From Parvularia atlantis (Eukaryota), in the NCBI GenBank assembly GCA_943704415.1, contig CALSCO010000398.1, forward strand, positions 1-64,000: DNA of 64,000 bases, read 5' to 3'. The notes under the pieces were generated by a model. That model searched no databases and had not been told where the DNA came from. It worked only from the letters and a program-made list of their open reading frames with translations. Shown piece by piece: positions 22,925 to 35,683 of this stretch. Every line of letters starts with the position of its first letter. Position 1 is the first letter of the stretch. A program made the translations under genes and the position numbers.

Positions 22925-23413
22925 ATGAGCATCAGCGACGACATGGAGGTCGCCGCGCTCAGCCCGCACCAGTACTACGCGCCGCACCAGCTGCAGCACC
23001 CGCACCAGCAGCCAGCGCCGCCGCAGCCGCAGCAACCGCAGCAGCACCAGCAGCAGCACCAGCAGCCGCTCCGCAGCAGCGACTCGGACGTGTTGCTCAG
23101 CTTCATGGCCGCGGCCGCAGCAGCAGCCGCAGCAGTTGAGCCGCCGGCCAAGCGCAAGCTCCTCTGCGGTGGTGCGTCGCGGGCCGCCCTCGCCGCCGAT
23201 ACCCGCCCCGCTGACGCCATCCGCGCCGCAGAGCCCTCGTGCCCGTCGTGCTGCAACTGCGGCGCGCTGCACGAGGCCAAGCGCGCGGTCGAGCAGTACA
23301 AGTCCGAGCTGCAGGTCAGCCGCGAGGCGCAGGTGTACCTCGAGACGACGGGGCGTCGGAGAGGCTTCGCCGACATTTATCAGTTTGCCGCTGGCCCGAC
23401 GCTGCAGCGCTGA
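22925..23413 (+). CDS. Small Q/H/P-rich protein with a Cys cluster, unknown function
   Basis: ATG-initiated frame with one in-frame GT-AG intron; LCG|EPSCPSCCNCGALH; possible NLS PAKRK. Confidence 0.6.
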   Translation: MSISDDMEVAALSPHQYYAPHQLQHPHQQPAPPQPQQPQQHQQQHQQPLRSSDSDVLLSFMAAAAAAAAAVEPPAKRKLLCGGASRAALAADTRPADAIRAAEPSCPSCCNCGALHEAKRAVEQYKSELQVSREAQVYLETTGRRRGFADIYQFAAGPTLQR

Positions 23414-23542
23414 CCAAGACAGCGCGCGCGCGGGCCCGACGTCCTCCCAGCATCGTTGTAGACTTCCTTCGCATCCCCTCACGGTCATGCCCCCCCCAAA
23501 GCCCCCGTGTCAGCTGTAACTAGACCAGTTTCCTCTACAAAG

Positions 23543-26500
23543 CTACAGGGCGATGCGGAGCGTGTGCGCCGGTGAGGCCTCGCCCGCAACCAGTCTGACC
23601 AGGAGCGGGAGCAACAGCGGCGGCAGCGCGGCCTGTGCGCGTCCTAGCAGCGCCCACAGACGTTCTGTGGCCGGCCGCGCGTCGTCAGCTGGCGCAGCCA
23701 ACGACCGCGCATGCGCACGCACCGCGCCGCTCGCCGACGCGCGCGCCCACCTCGGCCGCGTGCACGCAGCGGTCAAGCGCGAGGAAGACGCGCTCGCGCA
23801 TCGCCAGTGCGTCCAGGAGCGTCGCCGTCGCCGCCGCCTCCGACGCCACGGCCGCGAGCGCGGCCTCGAGCGACGCAAAGAAGCCGTCTGCGTCTTGTGT
23901 TCTGTGCGGCGAGGCGTTACGGACGCCGACTGCCGTCGCCATGCGGCATCGCACCGCAGCGGCGCCACGTCGCTGATGCTCGCGAGGCAGTGCGCCAACA
24001 GTTGCGTCTCGACCACGGGCTCGCGGTGCACGTTGGGCTCCTCGTGGTAAAACAGCTTGGGCGACGGGTGCAGCTCACCGTCCAGCAGCTCGGCCACTGC
24101 GACCGGCGATCAGCATACCGCCCGTAACTCGCGTCAGCACCCACGCGTCCGCTCGTCGCTGCGCGTCAGCCTCTGCAGCCGAGTCACCAGCTCCGTGCGC
24201 AGCGGCTCGCGCACTGCTGTGTACTGTCGTGCGGCGTTCGCTACGGCGTCGTAGACCATGGTCAGCGCAAAGGGCACGCTCACAGGCTGCGTCGCGTATG
24301 AGAGTCTGCGGTACCTTGCACAGCTGTGCGCGCACCGAACAGCGCTGCCAGGCCGCGGCACACGTCGCCGCTTCGAGCCGCACGTCCTCCTCGTCGTCTT
24401 GCAGCAGCCGCACGAGCACAAACGCCGTCCGCACATACACGGCTCCCTCTGGCTGCAGCAAGCGCGGCCACGCTCGCGCAAGGCCCTCCACCGCTGCGGC
24501 GCGACACGGGTGTGCCTGGCGGCGAGTGAGCCTCCCGCAACACACTAGCAGAGCCGCACTTCGCGCTCGTCCGAGTAGCGCTCGAGCACGTCCACGACGC
24601 GCGTCTCAGTCGCGCCAGTGGCGCGCACGGCCAGCAGCCCGATCAGCGGCAGCGACGCGAGGCGCTCCGAGAACGCCACGTCGGCCGACACGACGCGCTC
24701 CAGCTGCCGCTGCAGCAGCCGGTCCCAGGCGGTGTCGGCCGCCACCTGCCCGGCCGCGAGCAGCGCCGCCGCGAGCGCGAGCAGCGAGGCGGCACACTCG
24801 CGGTGCGGCTCGTTGCCGAGCAGGCAGTCGACCACGGCTGCGGCCACCGCATCACGGCTGCGCGAGCCGTGCGTCAGCAAACCGGGGTTGCAGGGTCGCG
24901 GGACACGCACACACGCACCCGATCGAGTCGACGTGGGCGAGGCACCACCGCGTCGTTGCCAGGCGCACCTCGTACGATTTGTGGCGAAGCGCGCGAAGCA
25001 CGCGCTCGGTCACGACCGACCCGTCGGCGGCTGCGATCGCCCAGTCGAGCTGCGCCACCGCGCACGCCTCGGCAGCCAGCGCCGACCCGGGCACGTCGGT
25101 CTGCTCGACCACGTCCGCGTCCAGGAAGGCGAGCGGCGCAAGGGCCAGTGCGGCCGCACCGCCCGCACGCCACGGGCAGGTGAGCAACGCAAAGCGCAGC
25201 AGGTCCACCAGCGCCGCCCGCACAAAGTCGCACGGGTCCGTCAGCAGCGCCGGCACGTTTGCGACGATACGTGCGTGCACCGCCTCGCGCACCAGCTCAT
25301 TCGCCGCGCCGGTGTCGCGCGCCGCCACTAGCGGCAGGTGTGCCTCGAGCAGCGCGTGCAGGCACAGCAGCATACCGTGCCGACGGTTGCGCGCGTCCGA
25401 GAGCACGTGCTGCGCGAGGCCGCGCGACACCGCAAGCACATCCTGGCTCGCCACCAGCGCCGCGAGCGTGCGGGCCGCCATCGCGCGCACCTGTGCACGC
25501 GGCGAGTCAGGCTCATCCCGCTTGCAGGCGTTGGCCCGCACACCTGGAAGATGTGGCTGCGCGCGCAGGCCGACACGAGCGTGACGTAGCCCGCCAGGTC
25601 CGCCTCGCCCTCCTCGGCTGAAGCGAAGCGCGGCTGCAGGCGCGACAGCAGCGCCAGGATCGGGAATAGCGACGCGTCGAGACCGTCGCTGGCGCTCGCG
25701 CCGACGGCCACGAGCCGTTGCACTGCCTCGCCCAGCCGCGCCAGCAGGAAGTCGTGCAGGGCCGGGTAGCGCTCGAAGAAGCTCGCGGCAGTCACGGCGT
25801 CGGCGCCCTTGGCCGCCGTGTTGCGCGTCGTGCCAAAGATGCGCGTACAGACGACGGCAAAGAGCATCGTTGCGCAGTTGCGCACGGCCCAGCTGCGCCG
25901 CGGCACCCCTCAGTTGGCGGTGCGCAGCGGCCGCACAGCGCACCTGGCCGACCGGAAGCCCGTAAGTGCGAGCATGATGCCCTCGGCGATGAAGGGCAGC
26001 ACGTGCGTCGCCAGGCCCGAGTCGCGGAACACGGTACGCAGGATGTTGTACACGTGCACCTGCGGCAGATCCAAGCGCTGGTCGTAGTCGGCCGCAAGCG
26101 GCATCCTCGCGAGCGCAAAGAGGCTGTGCATCGCCTGCGGTAGCAGCGCCTGCGCAGGCGTCGTCAGCGCAGAGCGCCGGCCGGGTCTCGCGGGCGCACC
26201 TTGGGCACCGTGAGCGTGTACGGCTCACTTGCCAGGATCGCCAGCAGCGCAAACGGCAGGCCGGCCGAGCGGCGCGTGATCGAGACGCTCATCGCACCAG
26301 CAGCGACGCCCAGCAGTCGCTGCAAGGGCCGATGCGTGTCAGCCTGCAAGCCTTCTCAGGCTCGCGCGCACACCTTCAGCCACGCTGACGGCAGGGCGCG
26401 CATCGACGCCCACGGCGAGGCAAACAGCGCACGGTTGACCTGCTCGAACGCCCCGTAGACACTCTGCGTGCGTGAACGTCAGCGGTACACGACACGTGTG

Positions 26501-29500
26501 ACGCGCGCGCCGCACCGCGATTGCGCCAAAGTGACGCAGCTCGCACAGCAGAGAGATGAACAGCTCGCCGACCGCCGTGAGCTCCTCAGGCAGCATGGCG
26601 CGCTCCTGAGCGGGCGCCCGGTTCAGCAGCGAGATGTCTGCGCCCGCACGACGCCACCTGGCCGTCGAGCGGCACGTTGCACGCCAGGCTAACGTGGACG
26701 AGGCTGGCACCGGCGTCGGCGTCAGCGGGACGTGCGCGCGCGGCGCGCGAGGCACCGCACCTGGCCTCCTTGATCGACCGCCAGCAGCACGAGTTGACCA
26801 CCTGGTGACGCGGGCCCGGGCCGCCGTCGTCGCCGTCGAGGTCATCGTCGGCATCACCGTCGCCATAGTCGGCATCGCCGTCGTTGCCCTCCGGAGACGC
26901 GTGCGACAGCGGCACACGCGCGACGTCGATCACGCGCCGCGTCACGTCCAGCAGCCGCACGACCTGTTGGCCGGAGTGCTGTTACTCAGCGAGCCTGCAC
27001 GCACACGTGTTCACGCACAACCGAGCGCCACGACGCGCCCGCCTCGGCGCGGCCAAAGTCGATGTCGCCGATGATATACCTGCCGTCGCGCAACGCAACA
27101 AACGTCAGTGGCGCTGCAGCTGCTCGACGTGCACGCACCGCAGCGCCGCCAGCAGTCCAAACATTGGCGCGGCCTCGCTCGCGGCGTTCAGATCGCGCTC
27201 CGCCAGGGCCACCTGCGCGTGCAGCAGGTCCACCAGTTGAGACACGAACGACGCGGCTTCGAGCGAACGCGCGTCAGCGCGATCGTGCACGGTCATACGG
27301 CCCGATGCGCACCGGCCGACGTGGCTGTCGACGGGGCCGCGCCGGGCAGCGGGACATGCCAGGCTAGGCCGCGTACGTAGTGTGCAAAGACAAAGCGCAG
27401 TAGCTGCGCCCCGCCGTCGCTCTCCTGGCCGCGCACGCTGCGCAGCACGCGCAGAGCGGTGCCGCATAGGGCCGCTGCATCGTCCCGTGTCGGCGCGATG
27501 GACAGTGGTCGCGGTGCATCTGCAAGCGCCGCGTCAGCGACCGAGCTCGCCGCGCATGTAGCACGCACGCTCGAGCGCCTCTAGCGCGGCGACGCGGTTG
27601 CGGTCAAAGCTATCGTGCACGAGTCGGTCGAGCAGCGCCCAGCTGAGCGCAGGGCTGGCATGCAGCGCCTTCAGCCCCGCAGGCCACGGCAGATCGAGCG
27701 AGCGGTGCTGCAGCGGGACCAGCATGCCTGCGAGCATCTGCAGCCACGCTAAACCGCGGTCTGCGCCGCACCAAACGCTCGCACGCACCTCGAGCACACG
27801 TCGCAGCAGACTCAGTGCCGTCGCAGAGCGCTGGAACGGCACGCCAGGGTACAGCGAGCCCGCAAGCACGTCCACCACGGCTCCGGCAAAGGCGCAGTAC
27901 CGCTCAACGGTGTCCGCGAGCTCTCGCGCGCGCACCTGCGACGGCAATCTCAGCGACCACGCAACACGTCCACGCGAGCGAGCACGCACAGCGTTGTCCG
28001 ACGACGGGGCGCGCTCAAGATCGCGCTGCTCCTTCAGCGTCGAGGCAAGCGAGTCGCGGAAGCGCGTCAGCAGGTGCTCCCAAAGCCCGGCCTGCGCACG
28101 CGCTTAGCACAGCGGCCACGACGCACTCGCACACGCGCACACCAGCCGGTGGCGAAAGTCTGGCGAGGCCGACGTCATGCACTCGGGCAGACCGAGACGG
28201 ATCCACGCGAGCTCCTGCTCGGTAAACGGGTCCTGCACGCACGCACGCCGTTAGCCGGCCACGACGACGACGACGACGACACGCGCCGCGGCACCTTGGT
28301 CTTCTTGCTCCAGCACAGAAAGCTCATCGCGTCGGCGCGCACCGCATCCGACGCGTGGTGCAGCGCCTGCGTGAGCAGCGCCACTGGCAGCGTCGTCGGA
28401 CTGTGGCCCGCAGAAAACACCTCCGCGCCGAGGAGGCCAGCCACGCGGCCCTCCTTCAACGTCGCTACGAGCGCCTCAAACGCGGCGGCATTGCCGTCGC
28501 TCGCGGCACCTGTGCCCGAGCGTGAGACGGCAGCGCAACCACTACCGCGCGATAAGGCGCACCGGCCAGCGCGAGCAGCAGCCGCCCCATCGCCCCCGCA
28601 TCCTGCCGCACGAGCCCCGGCACAAGGTACGCCACGATGTGCCGCCGCAGCAGCTCGCCGTCGCCGCGCTCGCTGCACAGGCTCGCAACAACGAGCGGCT
28701 GCCACGCGGCCTCCCAGCGGCGCACGGCCTCGTCCGCGTCCGAGCCCTGCGCGCGGCAGTGCTTGAGGTAGCGGCCCAGCAGGCTCAGGATGGTCTCGGA
28801 GCACGTCGTGACCAGTCGCGTGTCGCTGTGACGCAGCCGTGAGCACATGAAGCGTTCGCCCACAGCCCACAGCCGCTCACCGCAGCGCGCACAGGTGCTC
28901 ACGCAGCACGTGCGGCTGGTGCAGCACGACCTCGTAAGCCGGAAAGTACTCGAACAACATGCGCAGCGGCTGGAAGCGCGCCTTGCTCTCGTCCTGCGCG
29001 AGCCCGGTCACGCGCAAACAGGCAGGCGCGCTGCGTGACACGCACCTGCATCGTGATGTGCGTATGCAGCAGCCGCTGCAGGCGCGTCCCGGGCGCAGCG
29101 CCGCCACCGTCGAGCGCGTGCTGCAGCTTGAGAAAGAGCTCGAACGCCATCTGCACCTTGGCCGCGACACCCTCAGCCGGATCCTCCCAGTGCGCGCGCA
29201 GCAACGCGGCAAAGTGGGCGCCCCAGTCGCGGTCAAAGGTCGCCACACACTCACGCGCCAACGCGCTGCCATCGGCGACCAGCGCGCGCACGGCCTCGAG
29301 CACGTCGATGAGCGCGAGCATCGCGACGTTGCGCTGCGCCGTCGTCCCGCCCGTGGCCCCGTCCGCGCACAGCTGCACAACCGCCACTACGACCGCTGCG
29401 AGCGCCGTGCCGGGTGCGCCCTGCGGGCCGGGAGAGAGCAGGACCGCCGGCGTGGCGACGGCGAGGAAGACCCTGATCGCGACGGCCACGACGATGTCGC

Positions 29501-30517
29501 CGCGCTCGCCCTGCGCCGCGCGCTTCGAGTGTCAGCACACGCTTGTGCGCGCGCGCGTCGCGGCGCACCAGCCCCGCTGCTCGTGCGCGCTGCTCGCCCA
29601 GCCACGCCGACACGAATGCGCCCGGTGCGAGAGTGCGCAGCAGCAGGTGCGCGTGCACAAACATGCACGTGAAGAGCGCGTCGACCGACAGCGCCGCGCA
29701 GGCGATCGTGCCGCGCCAGAACTCGACAAAGACCGCCGTCCAGTCGCGATCGCCGTCCGCGGCCGAGCGCAGCCAGGTCCACACCTCGTCGCGCCCCAGG
29801 CGAAGCAGCTGCGACAGCGCCTTGGCGCACAGAAACACGCCCATGCTGCGGTCGCCGTCGCTGCGCCGCGTCTCTGCCGTCCGCTCGCGCTCCTCCTCGA
29901 GCAGGGCGCGCGCACATGCATGGATGCACCGCCCGAGCACGTCCAGCAGCCTCAGCAGCACCACGCGCACGAGCAGCGCCGACTCGCCCGTGCAGACGTT
30001 GACGAGCGTGTCGAGGCCGCGCGTTGGCACGCCCTGCTCGCCACCGTGCGCCGTACATGCCACCTCGACTGACGCGCAATGCCGCTCCACGGCCTCGGCC
30101 AGCGCGGTCTCGGTCGCCGCCCCCGCGTGCCGCGCGCACTCGTCGAGCACGCGGGCGAGCGCGCGCCGCACGGACGTCATCTCAGCCGCGAGCAGCAGCA
30201 TCGCGACGTGCGGCGCCAAAAGGATCGCAACCGCAGCCGCATCGTTCGGCACGGTCATTGCCGCGACGGCAGCCGCTGCGTACGGAGCGCGCGTCAGTCG
30301 CGCGTCATACATGCCGACCGCCGCGCTGCTGACCGAGCGCGCCAAACGTCGCGGGCAGCTGCTTGGCGTCAACGTCGCGCCCCGCGGCGATCTCGCGAAG
30401 CATCCGCACGGGCTCTGCGTGCGCTCCCGGCGCATCCGGCACATGCACGCGCCGCAGCGCGCCCTCGAACGCGCCCGCCGCGACCTGCGCGCCGACCGAG
30501 GCAGCCACGCGGCGCAT
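23543..30517 (-). CDS. THADA: THADA/Trm732 armadillo-repeat protein (tRNA methylation cofactor), many introns
   Basis: HQVVNSCCWRSIKEA; LLCELRHFGAI; ITRRSAGLPFALLAILASEP; LPQVHVYNILRTVFRDSGL; WAVRNCATMLF; FFERYPALHDFL; LFPILALLSRL; LLQDDEEDVR; KLFYHEEPNVHREP. Exact start is less certain. Confidence 0.88.
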
Positions 30518-30552
30518 CTGTCACACAATCGAGTTTCGCACTGTCACAGTGG

Positions 30553-32035
30553 ATGCGGCGCGTCACGTTTGTCGCGGGCGGCGCAGCGGCGCTGCTCGGG
30601 GCCGGCGTTGCGGCGGCGAGTGCGCTCGACGGCGACCGGCGGCTGCGCGCGCCCGTGCTGCGCCTGCTGCAACGGCATGCGCGGCCGGCCGTTGTGCACT
30701 GCGACTGGGCCAGCGCCGCGCCCATGCCGCCGCCCGATGTCGTCACACCTACGATGTTCACGGCCGACCAGCTGGCGACGCTCGCGACGCGCCTCGCGGG
30801 CTATGTGCGTCGTGCGCCGGCGTGCGCGTGCGTGCGAAGCAATGGACTGAGGCGCGCGCGGACGCCGCGCAGATTGACATCCCGCTCCTGCCCGAGGCCG
30901 CCGAGCGCTACGTCGTGGTGCAAGCGCTGACGGCCGTGTCACAGACGCTGGCGCAGCAGCTGGACGACAAGCTGCGGTGCGCGTGTGTGCCCACGCATCA
31001 GGCGAGCTGAGCACTTAACGTGCGGCGCATCGAGCGCAGGAAGCAGCTGCGCTTCGCCATGGCCGGCTCGCTCACGTCGGACGAGACGCAGGACCTTGTC
31101 AACCGGCTCGCGACGCTCGTCAACCACAAGGTCGACCTGCCCTTCCTGAACGAGAACGAGGAGCAGGCGCTGTTCCAGCACATCATCGGCGCCATTATCC
31201 GGCTCGCGCAACCGTCCGACGGCGCGCCCAACGCGACGGCCTGTGCGTCATCCGTCCGCTGTCCTGCGCCGACTCACGCGCACCGCGGCGGGCAGACTCG
31301 CTGCTGCAGAGCGCCGTGAGCTCGGCACACGTGTTGCTGGTGCCGGAGCAACGCCGCGCGCTGGCGCAGCACATCACCAAGACATACGACTTCCCGTTCC
31401 TCAACCAGCAGCAGGAGCAGGTCGTGGTCGAGAACGTGATCGAGATCCTCAGCCAGCGCGTCAACGGCCTCCTGCCGCCCGAGTTTGTGGCCACGCTGCG
31501 CGGTGCGTGGCCGGGCTCGCGTGTTGCGCGCGCCGAGTGACACAGCGGTGGAGCAGGCGCGTCGCCGGCGGAGATGCAGCGGCTCAAACAGCGCCTGGTG
31601 CAGCGCCTGATCGAGACGGCCAAGGTGCCGATCCTGCGGCCCGAGGTGTGCTGCGACGTGCGCTGTCGTCGGCCCGCGCTTACACTGCCCGTGTGCAGCT
31701 GCGCGTGCTGCTGTACGACCGCGTCGTGAGCGTGATGCTCGAGGGCATCGCGACCGCGTCGGGGCCGGCCTTCCTCCAGGACACGAAGACGCGCCTGCAC
31801 CGAGCGCAGGTGCGGCGCGCGCGCACACACGTTGACGCATGGTGTGGCCCAGCACCGCGCGCAGGAAACCGAGAGCCTGCTCAAGGCCGAGCTGGACGAG
31901 TTTGACGAGCACACGGCGGCGCGCCGGCGCGTCCTCGCGCAGCAGCTGCGCAAAGTGCAGGCCGAGCGGTGGGAGCTGCAGCGCCAGACGAGCTGGCTGC
32001 ACTGGCTGCTAGCATGGCTGTGGTTTTGGCGCTGA
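30553..32035 (+). CDS. Uncharacterised protein with four D[IL]P[FL]LxxxxE helical repeats; possible mitochondrial or membrane targeting
   Basis: IDIPLLPEAAE, VDLPFLNENEE, YDFPFLNQQQE, AKVPILRPE. N-terminus is Arg/Ala-rich with a hydrophobic stretch; C-terminal coiled coil and WLHWLLAWLWFWR*. Confidence 0.7.
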
Positions 32036-32085
32036 CGGGCGCGTGTAGCCCATTGCATTCGTTTCCTTTTGCTAACGAAGACTTG

Positions 32086-33874
32086 TCAAGCGCGCCCGGG
32101 CACCATCAGCCGCCTGGACAGCAGCTCCCAGACCATCCGCCGCCGGAAGTACTGCATGCGGGGCTGCGCAAACGTCAGCGGCTCGTTGCGGCTGACAAAT
32201 TCGGCGTTGATGCAGGTAAACACGCCGCAGTCGTAGCCGTTCTCCTGGCTCGGCGCGTCCTGCGCCACCGCAGGGCGTGAGCCCCCACGCCCGGCGTCAG
32301 CCCACGCCGCGCACCGCCGGCACGTAGTCGGTCCAGCCCGTCAGGTCAAACGGCGCGCCCTTCTTGGCCAGGTGCTCCTTCTGCACGTACTCTCGCATGA
32401 GCTGCGCGCGCACGGTCAGCGGGGCGGCGGCGGCGGCCCGACGCACGCTCCGCGCGCACCGCCAGCGCCTGCGGGTTGCGTCCGTGCAGCGAGTCATAGT
32501 ACTCGAAGCGCTTGCGCGCAAAGTTGACATTGGCCAGGCACCAGTGCATGCCGAGGTGCACGGGGATGAGCACGTGGTCCATCGCAAACACGTCCACCTG
32601 CGCGCCGTGGCGTGAGTGCGCGTCCCCCGCATACGGCCGCGTGCAGGCTGCGCGCCTTCTTGCTCCAGCGCTTGACGGCGTCGTAGCCGTCGTGCGACAT
32701 CTTGAGGTAAAAGAACGTGTTGAACGCAAACACGCGCGGCAGTGACGGGTCCTGCTCGGCCCGCTCGACGATCAGGCGCAGGTAAAAGTTGATCACCTCG
32801 TCGTTGAGCCACTCGCGGTCGCGCAACTTGGCCGTGTCGTCGCCCTTCAGCACGAGGTTGAACGCGTCGACAACCGTGCTGCTGCCAGACAGTGCCAGCA
32901 CGCGCTTGACCTGCGCCGCCAGTCAGGCGCGGCAACAACCGGGCCGGCACGCGAACCTCGGCCTCCTGCTCGGCCGTCAGCTCGGGGTAGTTGTCGTCGC
33001 GCTTCTTGTCCTTGGCGACCTCGACGGCCTTGCGGCGTTCCTCAACGCGCCCGACGGCCTCGGCATCGCGCAGCGCGAGCTCGCGGTACTTTTGGCGGAT
33101 CCTGCGGGCATCGGCGGTCAGCAGCGGCGGCGGACTGAATGAAGCATGCGCACTCGTCAAGCACGGCGCGGATCTTTTGCGGGTACGCGGCTCTGTCGCA
33201 CATAAAGTCAGCTCAGCCACCCCAGCCAAGCGCGCGCGCGCACGCGCGCACATCGCGTCTAGGGCGGTCGAGCGAGGTGCTGGCTTGGCGGCCAAGGCGG
33301 GCGGCGGCGTGACGACCTGCACGGCGTCGTCGTTGGCGTATTTGTCGGCAGCGGGCTGCATCGCTGCGCCCGTGCGGCGGGTGAGCGCGCGTCACCCCCG
33401 AGCGGCCCAAGGCGACAGACGCACAGACGGACAGGGCCTCGACGCGCTTGAGCACCTGCTCGGTCTGCATCGGCTGCACAGGTGCGGGTGGCGGCGGCGG
33501 CAGCGGCGTGTACAGCGGCGGGACGCCGGTCGTGCGCAGGAATGAGGGCGTGGCGGGCGCGCCAAACAGCAGGACGCTGCGATCGGCAAACGAGCCGGCC
33601 CCGCCGCCCCCACCGCTACTGCTGAACGAGAGCGAGAGCGACGACAGCGACGCCGGCGAGGCAGCGGGCACAGGACGGCGCAGCGGCGTGCCACCGGCAA
33701 TCGGGCTGAACAGGATGCGTCTGCGTCCCGGGGTCAGCGCTGCGCGCGCATCGCCGGATGAGCGTACCGGCCGATGCTGCGCAGCAGATGCGTCGGGCCC
33801 ACCCCCAGCCGCGGCCGCTTGTGCGTCGTGTGGTCGTCGTCAAGGCCGCTGCGCCAAGCGACGTCCGTGGCCAT
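32086..33874 (-). CDS. ULP1/SENP1: SUMO protease Ulp1/SENP (C48 peptidase)
   Basis: LRDREWLNDEVINFY; FNTFFY; IPVHLGMHWCL; YYDSL; PSQENGYDCGVF. His-Asp-Cys triad present. Confidence 0.95.
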
Positions 33875-33954
33875 GCGTGCAATTCACACGGCCAGCCAGG
33901 CAGATTGTCAGGCGGTCAGAAGCTGGCAAACCGCGCGGCGCGAACCACCGGGCC

Positions 33955-35636
33955 ATGCTCGACGACGACCTGCACTTTGCCCTCGCGGCGGGCCAGAGCG
34001 TTGCGGCGGTCCGCGCGCTGCTCGAGCAGGGCGCGGACCCGCTCGCGTACGCGCCCGACGGCTGTGCGTGCTTGCGCGCGCGCACGCGTTTCGTGGCACA
34101 ACCCTGACGGCTGGACGAGCTCAGCCGGGGCGTCGCCGCTGCACGTCGCCGCGACGCTGGGCACGCCGCACGCGGCCAACCTCGCGCGCTGCCTGCTCGA
34201 CTTTGGCGCTGACGTGAACGCGCGCAACGCCGGTGCGGGCCGCCGCCTCGTGCCGCAAGTGCGCGTGACACGCTTCGTTCGCCAGACGACTGGACGCCCG
34301 TGCACTGCGCAGTCAGCGCCGGCAACGACGCCGTTCTGAGCGAGCTCATCGCGAACGGCGCCGACCTCAGCCTCGGTGCGGCGCTCGTGGTGCGGTGGCC
34401 GGCCCCGTGACGCGCCCCGCACACCACAGCCGCGCACGGGCACACGGCGCTCGACCTCGCACTCGAGTGCGGCAACGAGGCCGCCGTCAACCTGCTCGTG
34501 GACGCGCCGGCGGTGGTGCGCGCCGCGTCTGCACACCGGGCCGGTGCCGACGCGCGGGTCGTCGCAGGACGCACCAGCACTACACCAGCAGCAGCAGCAG
34601 ATGCAGCCCGCCGTGTGGGCGACGCCGGCCCGTGCGGCACCGTACGAGCGCGTCGAGCCGCGCGCACAAGAGTGGGTACCGCGTGTGGCGCCCGTCGCGG
34701 CCGCAGGCCATGCCGCCGCGCGCCAGCTTGCGCTGATGGACGGTGTGTGCGAGCCCTGTCACGCTGCGGCGAGCTCATCGTGGCCGCGCAGCGCTCCACG
34801 AGGCGCTCAACAGCCTCGACCACGACCACATCAGCCAGCTGCTAGCGCTGTGGGCTGACGTCGACTGGACGGATGAGTGTTGCGTGGGGCTTGCGCGCAT
34901 CCGCCTCGGTTGCGACCTCACGCGCACGGCGCAGACGGCCGCACGCCGCTGCACCACGCCGTCATGATGGGCAACGCCGTGCTCGTGCACGCGCTGCTCA
35001 GGCGCGGCGCCCTGCCTCACAAGCCGGACGTCGGTGCGCGCGGTGCAGCTGCCGGAGCCTTACCTGACCGCTGGCGCCGTCAGAGGGGCGGTCCCCGCTC
35101 CATGCCGCAGCTGGGCGCAGCCAGCTCGACATTGTGACGATGCTGCTCATGGCCGGCGCACCCGCCGCGACCGCGGACGGTGCCGTGGTGGCCCGCAACG
35201 CAGCGTAGCAGCGCTCATCATGCGCACGCACAGGCGGCACGGACCAGACGCCGCTGCACGCCGCCGTGTTTGGCAACTCGGACGGCTGCGTGCGCGCCCT
35301 GATCGCGGCAGGCGCGCCCGTGGACGCAATCATGCGCGGTGTGGGTCCCCGCGTGCCACTGATGCGCCCGGCGCACTCACCGGATGGACCCAGACGGTCG
35401 CACGCCCCTACACGTGGCCGCCGACATCCGCGCGCCCGAGTGCGTGCTCGCGCTTGTCGAGAGCGGCGCGGACGTCGCGATGCTTGACGGCAGTGCGTGT
35501 GGCGTGCCGATGCCGCCGTGGCTCACGCCCGTGCGCCAGATGGCTTCACGCCCCTGCTTTCGTCCGTGCGCAAGCAGGACTATGGCAGCGCGCAGGCCAT
35601 GCTTGCGACGCGCCGCATCGACCGCCTGGACAGTGC

Positions 35637-35683
<47 letters not shown>

